Shown here: one piece after another, positions 1-12,589 of the stretch | Position numbering within the stretch: position 1 is the stretch's first letter | Layout of the letters: each line of letters opens with the position of its first letter | Source of the DNA: Octopus bimaculoides | Taxonomy: Eukaryota | Reading direction: 5' to 3' | Length of the DNA stretch: 64,000 nt | NCBI RefSeq assembly: GCF_001194135.2 | Contig: NC_068984.1 | Location: 65,071,013 to 65,135,012, forward strand | Notes under the pieces: model-generated | The model's database searches: none | The model's input: only the letters and a program-made list of their open reading frames with translations | Told to the model about the DNA's origin: nothing | Made by a program: the position numbers and the translations under genes

Positions 1-2129
1 TCAATTTGTCAATTCTCATCTGGTCTCTTACAATGGTGGTTTTAAATTTCTCAGGTACTAAGTGTTCTTTTGAATCATTAAAATAAGTGACAGTAAAAAA
101 AAAATCAATAATAAATAGACTTGATTCATTCAAATATGTCCTGAGTCAAATGCTAATGTGTTCTTTTTTTTTCATTTAGGGTGATAGAAATACCAGACAT
201 AATATTCTATGACATTTATTCAAATTTCATTGGAGATGACTTAAACTTTGATTGTGATATTCTAAAAAAAATAAGTACCAGTAATACACTGATTTAACCC
301 TTTAAATTTTACCCATTATCCAATTAACTTAGACCAAGTCAAAATAAAACAATATTCACTAATTTATAAACAATATCCTCTTAAGTGTTTTGCATCACAT
401 GTTATAAAATTACTGACAGTAATATTTCCATTTTATTTACCAATGTTTGTTGCCAAATAAAGTAACTCCTGAAGGTTTTTTATTTTTATTTTAAAGAAAC
501 CCACTGAAAATTTTAATGTTCCAATTCTTTTCCTGTTTCAATATTTCCACATTCACTCTATACATAATCAGAAAACAGTATGAAGTTGTTGTAGAAAGAA
601 AGTTTCTTTTGAGAATGTTGATAAAAACTACAAGTTTAACTAATAAACAGCAGCTGCAGAGTAGAAAGCTAATATAATTGTTGGATTATAAAAATAAACC
701 TTTCAGTACTCTTTAAGATTATGGCAAAACCTTACCTGAAATATGAAAATAATTTTTTCTTATCATAATTCACTGAAGATAAGATCTTTAAAGACAACAT
801 GCCACTAAATAAACAAGAAAATAAATATAAGCGAGTCACTAAATTGATTACAACATTAGGAAACCATAGAATGGGATTAAACTTTTCAAACACTGAATTC
901 ATTTAATGTTCTGAGAGTTATCTAAAAAAAATTATGACAAGCAATGTCAACCTCAACAAGCCTGAATCTTAGTATATTACTTTAGAGTTAATGCAATAAA
1001 CTTTCAAATCAATCTAGTTTTCAGAAGAAAAGGATAAAATTAGTTCAAGAAGTTAACAAGAAAGGGGTTTCAATCAAATCGTGATGCAATGAATCATGTG
1101 AAGAATTAGGTGTGTTGTAATGAGAAATCGGTGATGAATGTGGGCCTGTAAATGTTGATGAGAAATAGAAGAAATGCATTAGTGATTTATTTAGAAGAAA
1201 GATGATAAGCAGAAATACAAAGGATAGCTGGGATTTAAAGGCTACAGCTGATATGTACAGGAAAAGTGGTTTTGTGATTGTGATTCAAATGAAACAACAC
1301 TTTTTTGGGTACAAATGCTCTATGTAACAGCTGGAATACACTTATATAAACAAGCACCAAAATCACATAAAACGAAGTGATGAAATTAGTTTACAGTTGT
1401 TAGGTCTGACACCGAGAGATTAATAAGTGATAATATGTAATACTAATAAAAAACCCCATCAAAAACACTCTTTAACTGTTTATGAAACAAGTAATATTGT
1501 TAAGTTAAAGACAACCAAATGATTAAATAACACAAATCTACAACAATTTTTATGATAGTAAAGGTGGTTTGAGGCAAATTGTGGGTACTGGCTCTGAATA
1601 TGGCATCAACTTTTGTCTAAAATGTTAAATTTAGTTACTGAAGGTGATAAGCTAAAAATGCAAAACAACCAATTTTTGACATAGGGGAATTATGAATGGC
1701 ATTAGTTGTTTCAAACCATTCTATCAATTTAAAATTACTTACAAAGCTTATATGTTACAACCACCCAGTTGCTATATTATAGTGAAGGAACCAGGTAAGA
1801 AAATTGCAAGGCTAATAATAAAAATGATTGCCTTCACCACCATATAATACAGTGTGATACAAGAAGATATTGTCCAGAGAGAGAGAGAGTACCTAGCATA
1901 CACTAAGATAGAGAAAATATCAACTGACAAGTGTTATTTATTGAGAAAGGGTGTAAGACAGATAAACTCCTTATAAAGAACATCTCATAAACACTGAAAG
2001 GTAATGGGAAATAGGAAAATAGTTTGAAATATATCTTAGAATTTTCTACTTTTATTAGCTGAGAAATGTTGCACAGCATATAAACTCCTTCCTATAAAAA
2101 AATAACCTGAAAGTTTTAAAGTTATGGAA

Positions 2130-3290
2130 GTGGGTAACACCTAAACTCTTCATCCAGTTTGAATGAAATGATTTAGTGTGTGATGTGGATTTTCCAAAAT
2201 CCTCAAAAGAATTATTCAGGCTGAATAAAAAAAAAAAAAAAACCTTCTACACCTGGGAACAACATTTAGTTTCTATTGATATAAAGTAAAAGATCAGTTG
2301 TGGTTCCTCTCTATGAAAGATGGCATTGCTATCATGGTGTTAATGATTGACTACATGCAATGGGATGTCATTATGAATCTGATGAATAGCAGCTTTTCAC
2401 TGATAGTTCAAAAGCCAGTTGAATGTGATCTATTTGTTTTCAATTTATTTCAGTTTTATTTATTTATTTATTGAGTAATGTTTGCTTTTGTACCAAATGG
2501 CTACTCAGTACATCTAAAAGAAATTTATGAAAGCATGAAAATGATACTGAAAAAGTGTAAACATTATGAATAAAAGTGGATGATTTGTGGAGGTTTGAAA
2601 GTCATTTTTGCACTGCTTGGCCAACAATATGGTTACATTAAATTTCTTTTTTATTTATTTATCATTTTCATTTTTTGTATTTATGAGACAGTCAAGTCAA
2701 CTAAGGTAGTAAGTGAAAAAGGTGTTATGCTGGAAAGAACCAATTTCAATGTGGAACATTACAGTATCATGAATAGCACCCCAGTAAAATCAGGAAACAC
2801 ATTGCTTGCAGCACTCCATATCAAAATAGATTTGGTGAAGCAATTTGTTTCGCTAATTAAGGGAAGCAACTTTTTCAAATGTATAAAGAATTTCCAACTT
2901 TACCTTAAGAGAAACCGAAGGCAGGCAGCTTCAATGTGCTTAAGCACATTAATAGGCGATGAACTATTCATGAATTTACAGAAAACTATTGAAAAAGGCT
3001 TTGTAAAACGTGGCTAATAACATTATACCTTCTGGAAACTAACTTGCAAAATCAGTACAAAAGAATATTTCCTCAACAGCCATTAAACTGTTGATTTTGG
3101 GTCAGTTAGTGAAGAACGAGTAGAGCATTTTCACCAAAACATAACTATAGGGAAAATGAATTAAGTGTAGAAATATGTAGAAATATGGAAGTATAGAAAT
3201 ATGTAGAAATATGGAAGTATAGAAATATGAAGGAAAACTGTTCTTGGTGCCTAATAGGAGAATAGAACTGAAGTGATCATGATTGATAAT
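2130..3290 (+). mobile_element. Decayed DNA-transposon transposase, Chapaev3 (CMC)-like
   Basis: Colinear degraded motifs: NDLVCDVDFPKSSKELF; DSSKAS; KEIYESMKMILKK; WMICGGLKVIFALLGQQYGYIKF (cf. ICGDLKV..LLGxQxGYTK); LLAALHIKIDLVKQFV (cf. LLPPLHIKLGLMKQFV); GSVSEERVEHFHQNI (cf. GAVSEEQGERFHQDI). There are many stops and frameshifts. It may extend 5' to about 1270; no TIRs found. Confidence 0.78.
3168..3229 (+). repeat. 26-bp minisatellite (tagaaatatg tagaaatatg gaagta) x about 2.4, inside the transposase remnant
   Basis: Direct reading of the repeat units. Confidence 0.9.
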
Positions 3291-4779
3291 AAAGAACAGT
3301 ATTCTTTAAAAAAGTGCTTGCATAATCAGCTTTGTTTAAATGCACAGTCTAAATAATCAGACATTAGCATATATAGAATTTATTAATCAGTGATGCATTT
3401 ACTCCCACAATTAGTGCTGCTTACTATTGTATCTGTCATTTCAGAGATAGTAGATGCATTTTACTGTATTCTGTGATTAGATAGTGCAAGAACAAGTACT
3501 TTTGTAAACTCATTCTTGCATTATGCTAATTTTTATATGTTAACTTAAATTATATTTTACAAAAATATGTCATTAGCATAAATATTAAATATTAGGGCAT
3601 GCCTGTGTTTTGCAAAATTGTCTTTGTTTAAACAAATATTGCTCTACTGGATGTGTCATGCTGCCACTAAAACACATAAAGTGGTGGCATTTCTCTACAG
3701 TCTTATCAATTATGGAGGAAATTAATGAAATGATTAATCAATTAATTTATCATTTATTGGTTTGTCAAAGTTCTTTTGCCCCAGTCTGTAAACTTAATGA
3801 TGATAATGATATTCCCTTCAAATACTTTCATTATGTTATCCCTCATTTGATACTCAGTTTATCTCAGGGTCTACATTCTAAGATACAATTAATTAATTAA
3901 TTATCCGAATAATTGATGATAAAACTAAAATCAAATACAACCAGTGGACGTATTTTATTAGAAGTATAGCCTGCCCAAATTCAGTGTGCATGTGTGTATA
4001 TGAGTGCAGCATGTTTGTGTGATTATGTGCATGTATGTGTATAGCAATTAGATATACTAACAGAAAAATGGTTTCCCAGTCATAAAGAATATGCATGCAT
4101 ACATTTCATCTCATATACATGTGTGTGTGCGTGTGCATGAGTATATGGGGCCATTTCTTCCACTGAATTCTTTCTTAATTCAAAATTATAAGGCATAGGG
4201 ACTTGCCATCATTAGCTTGAAGTAAATTTTCATGTCACATAGTCCAAAATCAGTTGAAGTGACAATCTCAGTGTTTGAACATAGAAATCTATATTGTTTA
4301 AATTTGTCTTTGTTTATGAATGTAATTTGTGTGACTTTAAGCTATTATTTCTATCAGGCTGAACATCAAGTAAAATAATAATGTTTAAAGCTAAGAATGA
4401 TTGCAAAAACTTCAATTCATCTGTTCTGTCGTTTACGCAAATATATAAATTTCAGATAAATTCAGATCATTTACAAATTAAGGTGTAAAACAGCATAATA
4501 ACAAATATATTTAAAATTAATTTTTCATTTTTAATTTGGTATACATTTGCAAATTACTCTAATTTTAATGGCAGTAAATATAAATTACATTAAATTCTGA
4601 TGTTATTTGTACGTAGATGAAATAGCTCTGTTGAGACAGAATTGGATTAATATAGATATTCTAGGTTCCCATCAAGTTCCCCATGTGTTGATGTGGTTCT
4701 GTTTTATTGTTAAAATGATTACTAATCAAAATTTCTAGTTTGACTTCGTGGATGGGGTTAATTGTAAAGGAGGTTTCAA

Positions 4780-5100
4780 CTGATTTGATTTTAAAAAGAA
4801 ATGAATTTAAGTGATTTTGTAAGAAATGAGATTGCTTAAGACAATGAAAATATCATATATACAGAGATGTGGAAATAATGAAGTGAATGGTGATGGTTGG
4901 GTTACATGTTTCAGCCCTACTTTGAATGCCAGATAATAAGACAATCAGTAGAATGGACAGTCCAAAGTATCAGGAAAAGAAAAGACCTAGGACTACTTTG
5001 GCTGAGAACATTGCAAAGAAAAGTGATTACATTTGTGTTGGTAGAAAAAACATAATTACTGAATAGACAAGGTTTGTTAGACTCTTTGTATCAAATAAAT
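4780..5100 (+). mobile_element. RTE-like LINE 3' remnant
   Basis: Degraded translation WLGYMF...IIRQSVEWT...KRPRTTLAENIAK...DRQG resembles the RWLGHV...R..GRPRTTW...DR..W tail of RTE-clade ORFs. Confidence 0.5.
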
Positions 5101-5228
5101 TAGGAGGCAGTGATTAAATCTCTTAGAATTAACAATTCAGAAGAATTATCAACCAGCTTCAAAGGCAATTGCTTGGATGCAGGCACAAGCACATATAAAC
5201 ACACAATGATGTGTGTGTGTGTGTGTGT

Positions 5229-5261
<33 letters not shown>

Positions 5262-6044
5262 TGTGTGTGTCTGTGTGTGTATACGTGTGTATGCTGGCTT
5301 TCAAAATGTTTAATTAATAGGGTTTATTCATATATGTCTTTATATGAGTGGGTGTGTGTCTATGTGTGAGTATATGTATATTGGCAAATGTGCATATGTA
5401 TACATGTATGTATATATGCATACATGAATATATAATTCTGTTTACATATGTGTATCAATGAGTGTACACATGTGCATATATATGCATCTGCATAGGCACA
5501 CACAAAATGAACACCCAGATACACATTCATGGCTTTTAAAAACATTAATTAAAAGCATTTATTAAAAGTATTACTAAAAAAGTTCCATACTGGAACATTG
5601 CTTAAACAGTAACACAATTTCATGACTTTGTCTGTATAGAGTTCATGATGTTTATGATTATATTACCTCACAAGAACCAGAAATGAAATCTAAAAGCTTA
5701 AAGCAGCCATTTATGAAAGCTGAGAGCACAGAACTATCAGAGAGAAGAGAAAGTAACTACATGGTTGAATTGTTTACAGCTGCACCCACCTTGTGGTAGT
5801 TGCATTAATGACAGATAAAAGAAAAGTATCCGAAAGTGGAGGCCAAAATAATCCTGACATTACATAATAGCATCAAATTTAAAGGCCACTACTAAATGAA
5901 ACAATAATATTAGGAGGTGCTGAAGTCATAAACTTCAGTAAGTAGTTAATGAAGGGAGTGTCCTGCAATGCAAGCTGTAGGTAAATGATAATAAAGATAA
6001 TCTCTAATTTAGATACAAGGCTAGCAAATTAGCAGGAGACATTA

Positions 6045-6180
6045 ATCAATTAAGTCAACATTAGTACTCGACTGGCACATTATTTTATCAAACCCAGAGG
6101 GATGAAAGACAAAGATGACTTAGTCGGAATTTGAACTCAGGATGTAAAGAGCCAGAACATTTTGTCCAACACTCTAATGA
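6045..6180 (-). mobile_element. SINE fragment (GAGTTCAAATTCC...CTTTCATCCC family)
   Basis: Its reverse complement matches the copies at 25420 and 27574 (ctgagttcaaattcc..ctttcatcc..gataaa..agtac). Confidence 0.7.
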
Positions 6181-7258
6181 GTGTGTTTCTGTAGGTGTGT
6201 GTCTGTGTGTGTGTGTGTGTGTGTTTGGGTGGGTGCATGGAGAAAGAAAGAGAAATAATTAACTGAGTAGATATATCTAGATGGACAAACCAGAAAGAAA
6301 GACTGAGAGAGAGTGGGTGGTTGAGAAGCAAAAGGAAGATTAGAATGCAATGAAGTAGCTTCTAAATTTAGTGTTTTATATTTGAGGATTTCTATTTTGA
6401 ACTGCTTTTATTTATTTATACTAAATGCAATAGTAATCTGAATCGTTCATGAAATACATGTCTAAATAAAAATTGGGCACTTTTGTATAAATCCATGATA
6501 TAATTCGAACGATTTATAAAAATATTTTGAAGCATTGTCATTTATGATTGAACCTATGTCTTTTTCTAAACCATTTATTATGCTATATTCTTCAGGGATA
6601 TCAGGCAACATGATTTATTGTAACATTATAACTGGTTGTCAAAGATGTCTGTCTGTTTGTCTTTAGACTGCTCTTCAACTGCAGGCTTCATGCTGGACTG
6701 CTTATTACACACACAGACACACACACACATACACATGTAAGTTGGAAGTTACTTGATCTATTCTTCAGTTAAGCTATGTCAGTGAGTCATTTGCAAAGAT
6801 ATCATTTCTTCCACTTCTTGTTCTTCATTCATATGGCTTCCAACTTATTGATTGCATTTCTCTGCTATCAAAGATTATGAACTCTCTTGCATTTCTAACT
6901 AAACAGTTATAAATGTCCATTTTAAATCGAAGATTTTCTGTGACTCCTTCATCCTATTTAAACATGCAGTTAACATTTACTTAGTTGTTTGTGAGGGTTG
7001 TATTTCAATACCTTGTAAAGTTGTTTTTAGAAAGGAACTAGAATATAATAGCTAAAAAACATATCTGACTGTAAGTCTGTAAATCATTGTACTTTAGTTT
7101 TAATTCATAGACTGATTTTGTGGTGCAATGAGAGACGAATTGCACTATTTACAACTTCAATTAAAGTTACATCATTTGTTATCCTTGGTTAATTTATATT
7201 ATAGTTGCTAACTTTTGTTTCCATAACATTAAAGAAATTTCTCTCTCTTCTGTCTGTC

Positions 7259-7313
<55 letters not shown>

Positions 7314-9529
7314 CCTCTCTCAGTGCATATCACAATTTGTGAGGTGTCTTTCAGTATTGTTGGTTAATCATCCAAAGTTAATTAAACTGCAAGTGACAAA
7401 AAATTAGAATAATGTATCTGTTCAATGACATCTGTTCAGTTAAATACTATACCTGTCTTCAACTTCAAAACACTACAAGTACTATAAATTTCATTCTAGC
7501 AGTACAGACAACCAAACTTCTTCATTACATGACTGATTTGGTTTCAAAGTTACAATTAAATATACAATGCATATAACTAAAGAAATTTATATAAAGTAGA
7601 AATCTGCTAGAAGAACTGTTTAAAAAATGCTAGTAGATCTCTTTCTAACACTACACACAACCAGGAGAAAATTATCAATTAAAATTACTTTAAGAATTGT
7701 TTATTATATGGATTATTTTTCTATGTTTACTTGGATAAATATTTACCTATAATGTAAAGAGGAAATTCTGCAACTGTTTTGAAATCTAACATTTAATGTG
7801 CATATATCATCTTTCTTGTTTATTTTCTTCATACTATGAAGTTTAAAGCTTATAGACAACTGCCCAGTTGTGAAAACTGGCATAATTCCACTCTCTCATA
7901 AATTTTTATTCTTTTATTGACCTAGAGAAATAAGCAACTTAATTAATCTTGAGAAAAACTTGAAACAGCAAAATCCTGGAAACGTGCCATTGAGAGCATT
8001 ACAATGTCATGATAAAATTATAATACATAATACAGAATTTTTTCCCCTTTTTTGTCTAACAGTTTCTCTTCATTGATATTTCAGAAAGTAACAAATGTAG
8101 TATATCTATGAAACAGACCGAGTTAACAATTTTTGCACTAACATCTCATAAAAAAAATCTAGGGCACTTTTTTTTTTTTTTTTTTTTTTTTTTGAGAAGC
8201 TGGTCATAATTCATAGGGAAATTTTTAAAAATTAATTATAAGCAGTTAACAAATGTAGAAAACATTGCCAAACATTGAGATGACTTATTGAGAAATAAGA
8301 GATGAAAATGATAGCTCTTCTATCAGGCATAGCTGTTTTATTCACCAAATTCAAAATAAATTCAGAACACTTTCGCAAAATGAAAGTTGTTGTGGTGTGA
8401 ATATTGGAGTGTTTTATATTACTTTTGAATAACTATAGAGGTGTGAACATGATGGGAAGAATATGAAAAAAAAAGCAAGTTCTTCCTTTCTAAAGAAGAA
8501 TTAATGTTTGGTGTAAAATTTTAAATAAAAAAATTATAAAATTCAGGGAAATGAATGAATGGACATCAAATTGGTTGGGTACATAGCTATCAAAAATAAA
8601 CGAAATGTCATAATACAGCATATATATTGAATAGGCATGTATATTACACAAAACATCTTAGATACAGTATACATGAAAATTAGGGATGGATCTGCATTAG
8701 TTGTAGTTACATCAATAATTACTGTAATCAAAAACAAATACATTAAAAGCATAAATTCTTGAAACTTAGAACTAATGTTTAATATAAATACATTTAAATC
8801 CATACGAATGATTCTTTTCCAAAAGATTAATGTTATGGAGAATTATCATTCCAAGAATAAATTATAAATGGAAAAATAATTGCTTCATAATATTTTCAAT
8901 AAAGGTGTTTATTGGTTAAGATCATTTCAAAACATGCTTTTATTATTTCAGTTAAAATATAATTTGGAAAAAGAGAAGCAAGATAGTTATAGAACATTTT
9001 ACAATAAATCTTGATAAAGTAAAACAGTCTGGAGGAGAGAGAAATAACAGCAAAAGAAATATAACAAATATCACATTAAATTACAGCAAGCATCTGAAAA
9101 GGAACATATGAAAAAAAAATTAGAATAGAAAGTAAAGGTAAGGTTTGTTAGAAAGAATTTCATTCATCCTTGTGAGCTAGCTAAGTTTATTAGACTTGAT
9201 ATATGCAAATAGCAAGTAAAATTATTTAATCAAATAATGCTGGTCACACTAAATACAAAGTTCACTTCCTACAGAAAGATGGTAAAAGAATTAAGCTTCT
9301 GAATGCATTTAAGTGTTTGTGTCAGGGATTATGTAAGCACTTAGGGTAATAACATCTTCAAGCTTAAAATATATAAACATTCCTCTTGATCGAAGTATTC
9401 TATCTTCAGTAAGGTTATTCATATAGATACATTTGTGTGTACAAGTTTATAGAGTATATGTGTGTGTGTGTGTACACACACACACACACATACAAACACA
9501 CACATATATGTATGTATATATATACATTA

Positions 9530-9676
9530 GTATGGATTTATGGTAAGAAGCTTGCTTCCCAACCACATGATTTCAAGTTCAATTCCACCATGTGACACAT
9601 TGGAGAAATATCGTCTATTATAGCTCCAGATCAACCAATTTTTTTGTGAGTGTATGTGGCAAACAGAAACTAAAAT
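9530..9676 (+). mobile_element. tRNA-derived SINE head (GGTAAGAAGCTTGCTTCCCAACCACATG family) followed by (CA)n/(TA)n
   Basis: A/B-box-like head (tggtaaga; gttcaattcc), homologous to 37922 and to the reverse complements at 52896-53050 and 61960-62095. Confidence 0.75.
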
Positions 9677-9681
9677 AAACC

Positions 9682-9729
<48 letters not shown>

Positions 9730-9739
9730 NNNNNNNNNN

Positions 9740-9784
<45 letters not shown>

Positions 9785-10364
9785 GTATTTATGTGAGTGT
9801 GCATCTATGTGTATGTGTGTGTGTATGATGTGGTTGAGAAGTATATTCCTGTTTATGGCATATATCCAGTCAGAAGGTTACCACTGGTTTCATGCCTACT
9901 ATTACACTTGGCATTATAGGTAACTTCTCAGACCTGCTGGCCAGAAGCACATAGCCCCTCTGCTAATGAAGGTAAATATACAGTCATTCATAAAGAGACT
10001 ATGTGCTTTCAGCTTGTAGGTCTCATGAGTGCAATAGTAGATGTGAAACCATTGGTAACTTTCTGACTGGTTACATGAAATATAATTGCTCAGAATTTCT
10101 TTTAGAGTGTAAATTTTTCCTGAATTGTGGACAACTGATATATATACACACACACACAAACACACACACATATATGTATATTGGAATTTACCATGGCCTC
10201 TTTATCCATTCTACATAGCACATTCCTTGGATAATGGAATAGCAACTTTAACAGCCAACATATATTTTTATTTTATATATATATATATATATAGAGATAG
10301 ATAGATAGATGTAGATATACATATGTATGCATTATGTACATATATATATATATATATATATATA

Positions 10365-11089
10365 NNNNNNNNNNNNNNNNNNNNNNNNNNNNNNNNNNNN
10401 NNNNNNNNNNNNNNNNNNNNNNNNNNNNNNNNNNNNNNNNNNNNNNNNNNNNNNNNNNNNNNNNNNNNNNNNNNNNNNNNNNNNNNNNNNNNNNNNNNNN
10501 NNNNNNNNNNNNNNNNNNNNNNNNNNNNNNNNNNNNNNNNNNNNNNNNNNNNNNNNNNNNNNNNNNNNNNNNNNNNNNNNNNNNNNNNNNNNNNNNNNNN
10601 NNNNNNNNNNNNNNNNNNNNNNNNNNNNNNNNNNNNNNNNNNNNNNNNNNNNNNNNNNNNNNNNNNNNNNNNNNNNNNNNNNNNNNNNNNNNNNNNNNNN
10701 NNNNNNNNNNNNNNNNNNNNNNNNNNNNNNNNNNNNNNNNNNNNNNNNNNNNNNNNNNNNNNNNNNNNNNNNNNNNNNNNNNNNNNNNNNNNNNNNNNNN
10801 NNNNNNNNNNNNNNNNNNNNNNNNNNNNNNNNNNNNNNNNNNNNNNNNNNNNNNNNNNNNNNNNNNNNNNNNNNNNNNNNNNNNNNNNNNNNNNNNNNNN
10901 NNNNNNNNNNNNNNNNNNNNNNNNNNNNNNNNNNNNNNNNNNNNNNNNNNNNNNNNNNNNNNNNNNNNNNNNNNNNNNNNNNNNNNNNNNNNNNNNNNNN
11001 NNNNNNNNNNNNNNNNNNNNNNNNNNNNNNNNNNNNNNNNNNNNNNNNNNNNNNNNNNNNNNNNNNNNNNNNNNNNNNNNNNNNNNNNN
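10365..11089. other. Largest assembly gap (others at 9730, 20594, 22354, 22872, 24447, 32902, 34916, 51177, 61694)
   Basis: N-runs, almost all bordered by (TA)n or (AAT)n. Confidence 0.98.
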
Positions 11090-11121
<32 letters not shown>

Positions 11122-11168
11122 TAACGTAAACGCACCAAATCACTTGTCAAGTGATGGTAGGGAAACAA

Positions 11169-11200
<32 letters not shown>

Positions 11201-11221
11201 TTATCTGAGTGTGTGTCTATG

Positions 11222-11429
11222 TTTGTTTCCCTACTATTGCTTGACAAGTGATTTGGTGTGTTTACGTTACTATAACTTAGTGGTTCAGCAAAAGAGACTT
11301 ATAGAATAAGTACTGGGCTTACAAAGAATAAGTCCTGGGGTCGATTTCTTTGACTAAATAACCCTTTAAGGCAATGCTTCATCATGGCAGCAGTCAAATG
11401 ACTGAAACAAGTAAAAGAGTAAAAGAAAA
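11222..11429 (+). mobile_element. 3' half of composite SINE (ends in TAAAAGA repeats)
   Basis: tagaataagtac..ggcttacaaagaataagtcctggggtcgat..catggcagcagtcaaatgactgaaacaagtaaaaga, matching reverse complements at 52588 and 61381. Confidence 0.8.
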
Positions 11430-11480
11430 TCTGTATCTGTACCTATCTACATATATATCTATATATATATATGTATATAG

Positions 11481-11719
11481 ATAAGATAATGGTACAACGA
11501 TGCACCAATATTTACTGGAAATAGCAGTTGATAGTATATGATGTCATAGTAAAGCTTTACTGACAAAAATGTTATTGAGTGGCGAACATAAAATATTTCA
11601 TCTTACCTGTAGGAAGAACATTAAATAAATGTACAACCCAGATGTGGATAATCTAGCATCATATATTATCGACTGCTATTTCCAGTAGATACTGGTGCAT
11701 TGTTGTACCACTATCTTAT
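11481..11719. mobile_element. MITE-like element with 63-bp inverted arms
   Basis: Arms 11481-11543 and 11657-11719 are reverse complements with 6 mismatches (all transitions) and no indels. Confidence 0.7.
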
Positions 11720-12342
11720 TTATACTTTATCCAATTGGTGCTTTGTCTTACTAGGAAGCAATACCATTATACTGCACTATTTGATAATTTTTTCTTGTTT
11801 TGTGCGTGTGTGTGTGTGTATGCATTACTTGTTTCTCTCATTGGATTTCAGCCATGCCGAGTGAGCACCATATTAAAAGTTTTTAGTCAAACATATCAAT
11901 ATCAGTACTTATTTAACTCTAATAATTATTTAATCAATCTCAAATTATTGAATGGTTAAATTTATCTTTTTTTGGTATACAGGGACTAATTTGATGCATT
12001 GATTTGCAGCACTATATAAAAATACACAGACACACATGCAAATATATATACCAAGTGAAAGGATGGATGTGTGTGAATCCTGAGTTAACTTTGTAACCAC
12101 ACAGTTTTAGATTCTCTGTCAATGTGGCATCATGGGCAAGTATCTTCTATTTTAACCTTGTATGTATGTGTGTATGTATGTATGTATGTATGTATGTATG
12201 CCATTATTCAGCTTTATTTCAAGCTTTCTTGCTAATAGAGGTATAGTACTATACAAAATACCGAAAGGATTTTCACCTCTTATATCACACCTTTCTTCCT
12301 CCTTTAACGCCGATGTGATATAATTTCCTGGGAGAGAAATAC

Positions 12343-12415
12343 TTTTGTGGCTGAAGATAGCTTTGTATTGTAAATTATACACTGATATAAAGCTTGAAAC
12401 ACGTGTACCGCAGAA
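12343..12415 (+). ncRNA. Type I hammerhead ribozyme fold (candidate 1)
   Basis: Stem I ttttgtgg/ccgcagaa (8 bp, 2 GU), CTGAAGA, stem II agcttt../..aaagct, GAA, palindromic stem III ACACGTGT, cleavage triplet GUA (A12407). The 10.1-11.1 closing pair is a U.U mismatch. Confidence 0.72.
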
Positions 12416-12537
12416 TCCTTTGTATTTTTGTTGTTATTTTTTGGATTTATAATTTATTCTTTCACCTCAACCACGAGCTGGCATACACAGGTGCTTACAA
12501 TTGTCAAGTATTACCTCTAAATGTTACTTTACCTACG

Positions 12538-12589
<52 letters not shown>

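Noticed and set aside
180-300. Plus-strand acceptor (gctaat..T-run..tag|G) with a 39-codon open frame
   Set aside because: No recognisable protein, no partner exon; T-runs before AG are common at this composition.
7900-9100. Possible old LINE RT (NYRGV motif at about 8435)
   Set aside because: A single short motif with no colinear support.
10268-11251. Long ORFs (265-305 aa) and similar ones at 20562, 24375, 32784, 34730, 61555
   Set aside because: They are open only because they run through N-gaps and (TA)n; no coding signal.
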